NCBI GenBank assembly: GCA_010405405.1
Contig: MU004231.1
Location: 124,001 to 188,000, forward strand
DNA length: 64,000 bases
DNA from: Microthyrium microscopicum
Taxonomy: Eukaryota
Direction of reading: 5' to 3'
Made by a program: the position numbers and the translations under genes. The number at the start of each line of letters is the position of its first letter. Positions within the stretch are counted from its first letter, which is position 1. The notes beneath the pieces are model-generated. The model searched no databases, had not been told where the DNA came from, and worked only from the letters and a program-made list of their open reading frames with translations. This document shows, piece after piece, positions 38,601 to 51,172 of the stretch.

Positions 38601-39205
38601 GTCTACTCCATCTTCTTGGTAGTAGTCATGGACCTGCGGCATCTTACGACGTAGAAAAGATACTAACTCGGCTTGAGCCATATATCCACGAGCTAGTTCC
38701 AGAAATGATCATCCTCAACGGACGACAAGGTTACCACAAAGAGGCGCTTCACTTGCTCACTCAAGGACTAGGGGATTTTGACACAGCAATCAGCTATTGT
38801 CTTCTTGGTGGCTCGAGCATATTTCGCCCGCCTAGTGGTTTTGTGCCTGAAGATTCGTTGCCAACGCGAGATGAACAAGCCATTCTATTCGATTTTCTCT
38901 TATTGGAGTTTCTTGCGATTGAAAATGTCAGCGATAGAATTGAACGCACTGGCGAACTGCTAGAACGATTCGGATCCTGGTTTGACGCTTCTTATGTGCT
39001 CAATTTACTACCCGATGACTGGGCTGTAAATGTTTTCTCGGCGTTTTTGGTTAACTCCTTACAACGACTCGTGAGAGACAAAAGAGAGGCAACCATGACC
39101 AGAGCATTGTCAATGGCACAAAATCTGCGAGTGAATGATCAATTCATCGAAAAATCAAAAGAAATCGGACCAATACTGATTGACAGCGAGGTCAAGTCGC
39201 CATAG
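35659..39205 (+). CDS. Vps3/TGFBRAP1 (Vam6/Vps39-family) CNH-domain tethering-complex subunit
   Basis: N-terminal ITCVELW|GENLYIGTSAGEVLH (CNH-like), ACVADSRSYALLD, C-terminal helical repeat with ILNGRQGYHKEAL..LGDFDTAISYC and VLNLLPDDW. Introns ~35774-35822 and ~38357-38404. Confidence 0.85.
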
Positions 39206-40105
39206 TTCACATCATACTCCGAGTGCTATAGCATGTGGCACTTGTTATGACAGCTTGTGAAGTATAAGGTAATAGACAATATGTCTAGCTATATACAGAA
39301 CTGTGCTGGTTCTTCCGGATTAAGACATTCCAGAAGCAGGCCCTGGAAGCCTTGATGCACAAACCAATATACGACCACAAGGCTATATTCCCTTATTGCG
39401 TTCGAGGATCAATGTAGCGCCGCCCTACCGCTTGCCGCCGGACTCTTGCTATTGATCAATTTGCAACTCGCCATCTACTTGGCCATCTGCCAGGCTATGA
39501 CCACGTTCCGGAATTGTTCAAGCTGTCTGGCATTGCCCGGGCTTTCCATATCGAGAAACTAGCCCAACTTTACCCGAGTTGTCGAGCCACCACTCAAAGT
39601 CAAACTCGCAGTACCTGATTGTTTATCTTCCGCCAATTCCCGTCTAGGATATAACCAAAATCTATGGTTCTTGAGACGCTATGGCCAATGATGCTCACCA
39701 CCATCCCAGCTTTTCGGTCCTCGGAATATTTGCTGGTCGAAAATAGCTTGGATATCCCGGACGCTAAGCAATTATACCGCGAAACTTTTTAGAGGCTGAA
39801 TTTCTAGGGATTGTTTTCTCCTTGGTAGCGCGTCCGCGCACTCCTTTCATTTGAAGAGTGATAACCAATCTACAACCTAGAAATGCAGGGAGACGTTTGA
39901 GCCTTTGCGTCCATAACAATTGTATTAGTTACCTCGGTTACCATACAATTTCTAAATACTTTGTCGTAAGCGGTATGGATGCACTGAGAGGCCCGTTCGC
40001 TTTGGGCGTAAAGGGCCGATATGCTTATAGAGGGACTCAGTTCTAGGAAATTTATTTCGAGTACTCAATCCACGCTCGTTACTTTTAGACACACTCTTTT
40101 TCGAA

Positions 40106-40885
40106 ATGGTCAAGATTTCCCTCTCTCTTGGAGCTTTGCTCTACAGGTAAGTTTCCAACATCGCATCATTGGTTCTACAGGTCGCTGACAAACTATTCTA
40201 TAGTTCTGGCACTCTCGCGCAACGATCATCTGCACCATGGCCTCCCGCATCTTCAGTGCCGGCAGTATGGTCTCCTAGCAGTACTCCAAACTGGGCGGCC
40301 ACGCCAAACTGGCAGCCACAGAATTCACAAGCAGCTACCGCGAAAGGAGGCCAACCTCCATGGGCGGCGCAGCCCTCTTCCCGAGCACCAGCTCCGCAGT
40401 CATCCTCCAGAGCACCAGCTCCATGGCAACCAGCAGCGACCCAAGCTTCACAGCCACAATGGCAGCCAGTCTCTTCTTTTACCTCTCGACCTACGGCTTC
40501 GCCGCCAAACTGGGGGCAGCAAGGGCCAGCTCCGGCCCGTTCGACCAATCTACCACCACAACCGAGTGTCGCCTCTCAGGGTGTTTGCACAGTTGAGATT
40601 TGGTCATTCGTGACGCAGACATTGGCTCCAAAGGCTGCGACTCAGACACGAACGCTGATTGTGCCCACGGTTGTCATGTCATCGTACTCAACAACGACTA
40701 CGATTGTAGTTAAGACGGTTCATACTACCTCATATACATCGTCAAAGACTGTTCTTACCACTTGTACGTTCCACCTCATTCCTGACTTAGGCATATTTGA
40801 CTAATTATATACAGCTGTTGTCACCGAAATGCAGCCAACTGCAGCGACAGTGACCACGTCCGCAGTGAGATGTCCTCGTGTTTAG
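40106..40885 (+). CDS. Small secreted protein with Trp/Pro/Gln/Ser repeats and Thr-rich C-terminus
   Basis: MVKISLSLGALLY signal exon, introns 40147-40203 and ~40763-40813, repeated PxW/WQP units, ends VRCPRV*. Confidence 0.7.
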
Positions 40886-41881
40886 GCTCTCTTGGCAAGC
40901 AAGCTCGAGAATCATCGGTGATCGGAGTCTTTTGGGGTATTTACGATAAAAGACATGTAATATAACAAACTTTTACTTTCCAGATTCTCAATATTTCCCA
41001 TGTTTATTGTTATTTGAACACACCAATTGATTGGACCTGTGATATATTCACAAAGTAGCCAATCTGCTCAAATATCCTTATCCCCAAGCATATTCGAGAG
41101 AAAATTGGTTTCCCGTGTCCTGTATTACATCCCAGACATGATCCTATGCATTGAAGTAACATCATTCCATGACACCACCATAAGTTTCCGAGGATGCTAT
41201 CTCGAGGAGAAAAGAGAGCGCAAGATATCTACGCCTTGTGGTCTCTTGACCAATTCGAATATACGAGCAGCATGACACCATACAAAGCAATGTTGGAGTT
41301 GTTCAATGAAGTTGCGCGATACTTGACGCCCGACGATGTTTCCCCACGTTTATAACAGCCTGACAGCCAATCCATAGGAACTGTCAGGCGAGGTAAGTGA
41401 GCCTTGCTGAGTGGGCGTTTGGTGGGGAGCTTGGCTTGCGATGTAGGATGGATGGATGAAATGCAGGCCATCGTTAAAACTGCACGTAAACCTGTGGCCG
41501 CCGCGGGAATTGGCCAAACAGGAAGCGTTAATGTTGAATCCTCACACAGTGTACATGCCAAAGCAACTTACCTTACCAACGAGTGGTTGAAGGTTTTTCA
41601 TGTTAGTTTCTGGCCGAGTTGCCCCCCTGCGGATACACGATTTTCTGACGTACTACTTCTCCCACTTCAAGGTATATCCATCTGCAAACCATTCCCATTT
41701 TGGCAGGCATAAGTGGGTAGGACCGTAGGAAGCAGCATCCGCAAAGGTACGCTTTGCTTTAAAGGCACACGACTAGTTGCCGCATCCTAACCACGTTCTT
41801 CTTGTCTGTAGAACTGGATTTCTGAATCCTTTTTAAATACTTCTCCATACAATTTGGGCGGCAATAAGTCCTTAGCGAAGC

Positions 41882-43508
41882 ATGGCATCCAAAGATATCT
41901 TCCTCGCGACTCATCCTCGCGCTTGCTCTACAGCTTTTGAACGTGTATGTAAACCACGTCATTGATTGGTCGCCTAAATAGCCTTTTCCATAGCATCAGA
42001 ATTTTTTTCTGAAGAAACATTGGAAATGCCGTAATAGACAATCTGCTAATAAGTTTTTTCTAGGTGTTTATGACTTGTCGTGATAGACTTGCTTGTGTTC
42101 ACGAACCATTTGGAGATGCCTGGTATTTTGGACCAGAGCGTTTGAGTGATCGTTTCGAAGATGATGAAGCTGCTCGCAAGAAGACGGGCTTTAGCGAGAC
42201 CACGTATGGTGATATCTTTGGCGAGATTGAGAAGACTGCCACTCAGGAGGTTCGATTTCCTTGATTACGAAAGCATGCAAACTATAAATGGTTTGGACAA
42301 CTGCCTCTTACTGCCCCTTTGAATGACATTTGATATCAGAGCATGGCATCAAGAACCTTGGTCTCATCACCGACTTTGATGTTCTGCCATGTTTCTGATC
42401 AATCTGATACTGATGAGCTAGTCATACATTTCAGATAAATTCATACTGACTGCATCCCAGGGAAAGCGCGTATTCATCAAAGATATGGCCCAATACTGGC
42501 TTCCACTCCCCTCAAAGAGCGACTCAGTCTCCATCGCTCCCTCCCTCGTCAGCTACCGCCGCGGAGTCGGCACCACCAACGGCACTACCACCAACGGCAC
42601 TACCACCAACGGGACTGCCAATGGAACTCACGACGAAGCTCCAGTCATCGAGCCAGGCAATCCAACCGTCGTCCCAGACGACCTCCTTCGCAAATACCAC
42701 TTTACCTTCCTAATCCGGCACCCACGCTCCAGCGTGCCGTCCTACTTCCGCTGCACAATCCCGCCGCTCAGCAGCATGACAGGCTTCGACTACTATGACC
42801 CTGTGGAAGCTGGTTACAAGGAGCTTCGAATGCTGTTTGACTATCTAGTCAAAGAAGGGCATGTTGGGCCGAAGATTGCTGGGACGGGGAATAGGACTCA
42901 TTACCCTGAAAACGGGACCAATGGGCATGGTATTGGGAACGGAATCAATGGGAACGTTGGCGTCAACGGCACAGCAGTCGCCAATGGCGATGATGCAAAG
43001 GTAGAAATTTGCGTTATCGATGCGGACGATTTACTGGATGCGCCATTTGCCGTTGTTGAAGCGTATTGTAAGAGCATTGGATTGAAATATGATCCAGGCA
43101 TGCTGAAGTGGGACGATGATGAAAATCAAGCCCATGCGAAGCAGGTCTTCGAGAAATGGTGAGCTTTCCCTTCTCGAGTACGAAATTACTCGACCTTATG
43201 CTAACGATTCATAGGAGAGGTTTCCACGAGGCAAGCGATACTACTTTCAGATCAGTGATGCATATTAACAAATTTAGGACGCTCTTGATTCAACAGGATT
43301 GAGACCCCGAACTCATGTAAGTCCTATCGAGCACCTACCCGTGACAACACTGACATCCCTTCAGAAGAAAGCCCCCAAGTCCGAGGAAGAGCTGGAGAAA
43401 GAATGGACCGCGAAATTCGGTACCGATTCTGCTAAAGTCATGCTCCAGACAATGCGTGAGAATGTCGCAGATTTTGAATATCTGCAGCAATTCGCTTTGA
43501 AGATCTAA
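41882..43508 (+). CDS. P-loop sulfotransferase-like protein (uncharacterised family with HPRACSTAFER motif)
   Basis: MASKDIFLATHPRACSTAFER|VFMT..CVHEPFGDAWYFGPERLS, |GKRVFIKDMAQY, FTFLIRHPRSSVPSY, VIDADDLL..YC. Five introns, including GC-AG at 43231-43277. Confidence 0.85.
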
Positions 43509-44022
43509 GCTGTAACATTTGCTGAAAATGCGAGTGTCAGCGACCACAAAAGTAACAGATTCACAAAGTAACAGATTCGAGACATCTGGTCATTGTCAGG
43601 TCCATCTTCTTCTGGGATAGTGTGCACTGCGGTACATACGGGTTTGTGTAAATGCAACCAGTTGCCATAAAATGGCTACAAAGAATCAAACAGTAATGAA
43701 ATATGGCGACGTTTGGCGAATGTACCTAGTCTAAAAAAGTGAGATTTCGGTTAGTAATATAATTTTCGTAGTCTCCAAAGTACTAGTAGCGATAGACAGA
43801 ATGCTGCAATTGGCACAGTCTTATCCTCGAAGAAGACATGCACAAACTCATCAAGGCCATATTATTCATAATAGTTATTGTAGTCGGCTTCAAAAAAATG
43901 GAGCTTCATAGACTGACATGTACATTGTCGTATCATTGAATTTTTTAAATCGTGGCGTGTCCTGGGTATTCTCTCGATTACTACCTGCCAGTGATAGAAC
44001 TTTCATTCCAACTTCTGTGTGC

Positions 44023-45050
44023 TCAGAAAACATCGTTCGCTAGTGTCAAATTTGCAGAAACGTCCGTATTTTCAACCACTAGAGTTTGATATGTTAGCAA
44101 AGTTCACAGAAGATGGGGAAGAGTGTGCATAGTGTGACTGACTTGCTTGGAATTCATGAAAGTCGATTTTCCCGTCTCCGTTTAGATCTGCTTCTCGGAT
44201 TGCTACGCTTTGAGTTAGTGATTCTTCAACGGAACTGTTGGTTGGTTTTCGTACTCTTATCTACGATCTGTTTCGGTTAGTTATGTGACGACCTTCAAGG
44301 CTTTGAGATCTTACCTGTTGTAATTGTTGGTCCTTAAGATTGCTTCCAACCCTGGAAAATATCAGTCAGTATTCTTGAAATAGCGTAGCCATATACGCAA
44401 TGGCTCTCCGTGCGGTAGACCGTACATCATCTTCAACACAACGAACAGCTGGAGAATTTGTCAGTATACAAGTCAAGAACATGAGTCGGTGTGTCTTACC
44501 TCTCCGTTGCTAATATATCCATCTCTATCAATATCATAGACCTTGAAAGCAAACTTTAGCTTCTCCTCCTTATTGCCTTTTGAGCTGAAGGCGCTCAATC
44601 CTTTGACAAACTAACAACCGTTAGCATGGGCCAACAATTGAATATTCTGTCCAGGGTAACACACTTCTTCGAAATCGACATCGCCGTTTCCATCATTATC
44701 TAGGATTGCCGTTTCATTTGTTAGAATCTGCCTGAGAGTCGGCCTCAGGGGCGCTTACGATGAGGCGCGTGGCCAACGGATTGGAGCTGATCTGGGGTAT
44801 AGCGAGGAATTCGGCGCGGTCTATCGTCCCAGAACCATCCTATCCTTATCAGCTATAGATATCAACTGTGAAAAGAAGTGTAGAAACCTTGTCCAGCTTC
44901 ATGAACCGTTTCCGTAATCGTTCGACTTCATCGTGATCGACTAGAGTTATAAGGTCAGCGCATTGGGCGTAGAGTGTGGGGTATTGAGGTTGATTCACAG
45001 TTGGAGCCCTGGACGATATTCTCGAGTAGTTGTGAATTTGCGTTACCCAT
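44023..45050 (-). CDS. CNB1: Calcineurin regulatory subunit B (4 EF-hands), 10 exons
   Basis: MGNANS (myristoylation-type start), [97 protein letters not shown]. Reconstructed across 9 introns, one with a non-AG acceptor. Confidence 0.93.
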
Positions 45051-46153
45051 TGCGACAGGCAGATTTTGGGATTGGTATGGGTTGGGCGTGATATTGGAGA
45101 AGTTGATGTTGTTGAGGGGCGTTTAGAGGCCGCGCGCACGGGCCACGAGACTTTTTGGGTTCAGCTGCTGATGGCTCCCATCGCCTCTCTTATTCCCCAT
45201 CGTACATCCTGGCTACATTTTTAGCCTCATGATGATCTCGTGCCTCTTCTTGAACGAGTAGGCTCGGGATGTTTGAAGGTGCCCGTGGACATTGATGTTG
45301 ATTGAAGCTACGAGCAAACTAGTTCTAGGGGCCTGGATTTCAACAATGTCACAGATCAACTACGAAAGTCCATCCATCCGATTTGATCTTGGGAGCTACA
45401 GATCAAGGCTTTGTTGCCATTGAGAAGTACTAATACTCGTATATTGAGTCTACCAAGGCATTGAGAAAGTAGCGGAGCTCACGCGACAGGAACAGCATCG
45501 GTTACAGCTCCAATGCATCAAATGGAGCAGTGACAAACAACGACCCCAAGCAAACAACAAGCTAACAATGCACAAAGTACAGATGCAAAGGTGCAATATT
45601 TGAAAGTGTTAGCAAATCATCCCAGACAACCCCGAATCTAGATGTGTTAAAGAGTCAGGAACAGGGTCGAACCAACTTCCAATGTGGGGTACTTAGAGTA
45701 CATTTTGTCCGACCTCGCAACACTTTACATTCTCTAGACTTTGCAAGAAACGAATCAATGACCACACTGTAAGAAAGTTACTAGCACTAGTATTTTCTAC
45801 CGCCAGTCCCCGAACTGTCCTCTTTCACCATCATACTACTCTAAAACCTTGCAACATCATCCCCCAATTGTTCACTGTCTGCCTGTATCACTCGTCAAAA
45901 CCTCTTCCTTCCCGGAACGTACCTGAGACGTTTGCTCATGCAACGATTTCTGGCCGACCGCTGGGCTCGAATTCGCCATCTGGAATAGCAGCCATTCAAG
46001 ATTCATTCTGCTAGATCCATTGCCTTGTTTTCCCTTTACCAATTGTCACGAGCCTCTACTTCCAAGCCTCGTAATTGCTGTTTTTAAAATTTCTCCCCAC
46101 CACCAACGAATACCCTACTCCATTTCTTCTATACCACATTGAGCTTCTTGAAA

Positions 46154-48243
46154 ATGCATATCTCTCAGAAGCTGGCGAAATCCAGGGAGGAGGGAAGGAC
46201 GACCTTTTCCTTCGAATTCTTCCCTCCAAAAACAGCCCAGGTACCATGAATCAACCCTGTCTACGAAATATTTGCTGATATAACATTATGACAGGGCATA
46301 CAGAATCTCTACGATCGTAAGCATGCCAAAAAGAAATCGATGGATCTTTCTAACGCTCCATAGGTATGGATCGTATGCACTCTCTAGGTCCTTCTTTCAT
46401 CGACATTACCTGGGGCGCAGGTGGCCGCATCGCAAGCCTGACGACCGAAATGGTTCAGACCGCACAATCCGCAATTGGCCTCGAGACATGCATGCATTTA
46501 ACATGTACGGACATGCCGCGATCCAAAATAGATGGGGCTCTTGATGCCGCTGAAAAGGCCGGCTGCAGGAATATTCTAGCTCTACGAGGAGACCCTCCAC
46601 GCGAGAAGGAGAAATGGGAAGCCACAGAAGGAGGCTTCAGATATGCAAAGGATCTCGTCACATATATCAAGAAGCACCACGAGGATAAATTTGACATTGG
46701 GGTTGCTGGATATGCAGAAGGATGTGAGGATAATGAAGATCCGGACGAGTTGATTGACCATCTCAAGGAAAAAGTGGATGCTGGAGCAACATTCGTGGTG
46801 ACACAGATGTTTTACGATGTCGATATATTCATTGCTTGGGTCAGAAAATGCCGGGCAAAGGGCATCACTGTGCCTATAATCCCTGGAATTATGCCCATTC
46901 ACACATATGCCGCTTTCCTTCGAAGGGCGCAATGGACCAAATGCCACGTCCCAGATGAATGGATGGAGAAGTTAGACAAGGTCAAGAACGACGATACAGA
47001 GGTTCGCGAGGTTGGAAAACTACTGCTAGTAAAAATGTGTCAAAAGCTCATCGCTGAAGGGATTAGCCATCTTCATTTGTAAGTCAGCATTATCCAGAAA
47101 TTGGCCAAGTACTGACATCTCTAGCTATACCATGAATCTTGCACAAGCTACGCAAATGGTTCTTGAAGGACTAGATATCCTACCCGATCTCGAAAGCCCT
47201 ACTATCAAACAACTTCCGTGGAGGCAATCGCTTGGTCTCAACCGCCGTGACGAAAATGTACGACCCATCTTCTGGCGTAACCGAAACCGATCATATGTAG
47301 CTCGTACTCAAGATTGGGATGAGTTTCCCAACGGCCGATGGGGTGATGCTAGATCACCTGCTTTCGGTGAGCTTGATGCGTATGGTATTGGCCTTAAAGG
47401 ATCAAACGAACATTATCAGAAGATCTGGGGGCATCCGACATCTGTCAAGGATATTGCAGACCTTTTTGTTCGCTATATGCAAGGAAAGCTGAGCAGTTTG
47501 CCCTGGAGCGAGCAAGGTATCACCAACGAAGCAGACACGATCAAAGCCAACTTGGTCGAACTTAATCGTCGAGGCATATTAACCATAAACTCCCAACCAG
47601 CAGTCAATGCCGCACAATCGAGTGATCCAACCTTCGGATGGGGGCCAAAGAACGGATACGTTTACCAAAAGGCTTACCTTGAGGTTTTGATTTCACCAGA
47701 ACTACACTCGGAGCTCATTACCAAGATGGACCGTGATGCCAACATCACGTACTACAGCATCAATAAAGCAGGCGATCTGACAACTAACGCATCTGGAGAT
47801 GGACCAAATGCTGTAACATGGGGAGTCTTTCCAGGAAAAGAGATTGTTCAACCCACAATTGTTGAGCGAGTTAGTTTTCTAGCGTGGAAAGACGAATTCT
47901 TCAGATTAGGTGAAGACTGGGGCGAATGTCACCCAAAGAACAGTCCATCTAGATACGTGATTGAAGGTCTCATGGAGACTTGGTTCCTCGTCAATATCGG
48001 TAAGTCTATCTCCACCCTTTTTATTTTCACATACCAAGCCTAACCTTTACAGTTGACAACGACTTCCACCAATCACATTCCATATTCCCCCTATTCGACG
48101 GCATGAATCTCAAAGACATCGACAAACCAATGTACGAAATCAAAGACCTGCCCATCATCAACGGCGCCAACCACCATCTCGAGCCCCCAGTCAATGGCAC
48201 AGCAGTCAACGGCACATCCACAACCAGTGCTCCGGCAGCATAA
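46154..48243 (+). CDS. MET13: Methylenetetrahydrofolate reductase (Met13-type)
   Basis: FSFEFFPPKTAQ|GIQNLYDR|MDRM, FIDITWGAGG, CMHLTC, ILALRGDPP, VTQMFYD; regulatory domain WDEFPNGRWG and NAVTWGVFPGKEIVQPT. Four introns. Confidence 0.93.
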
Positions 48244-49131
48244 AACGATGCCATAATGGCAATGGGTTGAAAACAATCACCCAAATCGTAGCTTTCAACA
48301 AAGCTATTCAACAAATCAAATGATCATCGGCCTTCATTTGCTCGTTGCAAAAGATGGCTTATTCAACGTAATATCATGGACCATGAAACGTCACGACACG
48401 AACCAAAAAAAAACGAAGCCATTGACTTTTTGGCACGGTATGCATTTCTTTTGAAGCATTTTATTAAGATACCCAAGACAAAGTGCCCTCAACGGTGCTG
48501 TGGGCCAGCGATGTGATTTTATTTTACTGGGACACGGCATATATATACTACTACTCGTAGTTGTAGAAATTAGTAATGAAGAAGTTCACCTCTCAACCTT
48601 AATCCTTGGACATTAGATAAGTAAGCAGTGAGAATAAAGCAATGATGATGGAATGTAGCATATTGGGAGCCAGGTTGACGGGGACACGCTTGGCGGTTGT
48701 TTGATTCAGCGATTGATTCAATTAATACACGATATAATAAGACTGTCAACGCTAGCCCATAGACGACACTGGTATTCCCTCCCATAGGTGACCGCACCTT
48801 CCTGCCGTACGCGCCTCATGCGCGGGTATTAATCACAAAAAGACCGCCCTTGATATGCCTCACAATCCCATCCCAGACGCCAAAGTTGGGGTAATCATGT
48901 AAAGCGAAAGCAAAGACTCCTTCCCATAAACACGTATCGAAAAACATACACGAGCAACAAAGCATATGCGAAAACTCTCACTGGGGGAAACGTCATATAT
49001 CACTTCCCAACACCAGGTCCAAGAGGAGTCGGACGAAACAGACCAGTCGCAGGTCCAGCTCCAGCTCCAGTCTGCGCACGCCCAGCTTCAGTGCACGCAC
49101 GCTTCCGTCCTCCCAAGATGCCAGCATATTT

Positions 49132-51172
49132 CTAATGAGTCATGCAGCTATGTGTCTGGTAAAGCGTACGTCTTTCATCAACAAAGTCGTGACCAAGGTT
49201 ACACTGATCGCCATCCGGACAGTCGACGCCCAGAAGAGAATTTACGCAAGATGGTTTAGTTTCGTGGGAAACGCCGCTCTTACGACAAGTTTCGTCGTGG
49301 ATGTTTTTGCGACAGACTTGCAGCTTAACGCAGTCGTCGACGGTACATTCGTGTCCGTTGATGGAGCAGGAGCAGAATTTGTCGAGTGGGCCGGCGCTGG
49401 AAGCGCCAGGGGCCGCGTCGATTGGGCTGGCGGGGACTGATTGTGGTTGCGGGGGTGGTTGTGATTGCACGATATTGCTTGGAGATGTTAGTTTCGTGTG
49501 GAAAAGGGGAGGGGAGAGGACTTACAGTCGCTGTTTCTTTCTAAGGGTCGCTTTTGGACTGGCGTTCGAGATTGAAAGACGAGCACGCTTCTCACCACTC
49601 GGGTCAAAGTCTGAATCGGCACCCATATCGAGTTCGACTTCACTGTCTTCTTCTTCCTCGTCTTCTTCAACTTCATCGCCATAGTCGATAGCCTCCGAAG
49701 TCCGCTTGACCGCACGAGGACGCTTGGTTGGAACAACGTCTCCATTAGAGACGTTGCTCAGACGGCTTGGAATCTCTGCGGTCTGCTTGAAGGGTATCTT
49801 TGGTGGTGGGGATGGTGCACCATCCGCATTCTCGGTGATAGCAGCAACTTCTTCAGCTGGTACTTCGCGGTAGGTACATCGAGCGATGGCCCACTCGAGT
49901 CTTCCAGAGCTTGACCCGGCACTAGCGCGTTCAGGCTTGATACCGTGGCCACGAGACAGATGTCGAACAAAACCAATGACGCCTTGAGCAAATCGCCGGT
50001 CGCTGTTTGCTAGAGAGTTACCCTGCAAAGGTCAGTCTTGATAACTTGGATTGCTAAGATTATACTTACGCCACATATATCACATCGTAGTTCGACCCAA
50101 GTACCATCTTTTCGAAGAACAACAGTTGGGTATTTGAGGAGCCAGTCATATGGCAAGTCGGAATCAGTGGGCTCGTGGCCATTGGTGATACCAGCGGCGG
50201 CGACTTTAGTGACCTTTGGTGTAGATGCAGTGAATTGCTGATCCACAGCCTGAGCGTCCCTAACTGGGATGATGTCTAGAGGCTCTTGGCCGCTGAGAAT
50301 GGCCTCGACGTCCCCATCGTTGAGATCGCGATGAGTGCAGAACTCTAGAATATTCTGAGAGTCTAGTTTTCGACCTCCATATGTATCGACTTTATGTGAT
50401 TTATTGGCATGAGCAAGCATTCCACGAGCGCCCTTGATGAATCCTTTCTTTTCGATGTAATTTCTAGAGATGGTCGTTAGTATTTGAGCATCATCAACCT
50501 TATAGGATTTGATCTCACCCTTTGCAAAGCATACATCGAATCTCTATCCATTTTCCGGCAGGATTCTTGCAAATTATAGGAAATTCGGGAAGGTATTTCT
50601 GTTGGTTGGGATATGGACCGCCATGTGTGACTACGCCATCGTGTTGTGGAGTCTGAGGTAGCGAATTCTTGACTGCCGACTTTGGAGGATCAACGACATC
50701 GCCAAGACCATTCACTGGAGTGAAGCCACCTGTGGGCTCTCTGATATCTTCGACAGAGTTGAGGGAGGTTCGCGCACGTTCGGAGTGGATAGAAGGACGA
50801 GAGGATGGAGTTTGATATGGTGGTGGCGGAGCCGAGATACTGCTAGGTTCGAAGAGAGTTCCCTAAAAGCGTAACTCGTCAGAATTTATATGCAAAAAAA
50901 TGCGCAAATTGATTTGCGACTGGAAGGAAATTTCAACTTGCTCTGAAGTTGCGAACTTGTTCTTCTTTCTTGTCTGCCCATTGTTTTTTTACTGCCAGGT
51001 CTTTCTGTAATGATGCCTTCTCTTTTTGAACAGCGATAACGAATCGATTAATATTATCGTTCAATTCACTGACACGAAGATTGACAGTTTCCGTTAATTC
51101 ATCGAGTTCCCGACGAGCCTCGCGAGCCTCATTTTCGAGGTCGCGAATATGAGCATCAATTCCGGAGGCCAT
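49132..51172 (-). CDS. Uncharacterised probable nuclear protein: coiled coil, two CxxC…HxxxxH zinc modules, C-terminal Cys/His (CCCH-like) cluster
   Basis: Five ORF fragments join in frame via introns 50941-50863 (GC-AG), 50518-50464, 50069-50023 and ~49525-49479. Basic clusters KRPRAVKR and RKKQR. Confidence 0.75.

Noticed and set aside
42410..42470. CTGATGAG…GAAA as a hammerhead ribozyme core
   Set aside because: Stem II does not close directly onto GAAA, and stems I and III were not found.
43545..43578. Two-copy AAAGTAACAGATTC tandem repeat in a 3' UTR
   Set aside because: Simple slippage duplication; no spacers, not CRISPR-like.
42560..48240. Shared VNGTAV/NG repeats in the sulfotransferase-like protein and the Met13 tail
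   Set aside because: Common low-complexity Asn-Gly tracts in fungal proteins; not evidence of a shared element.
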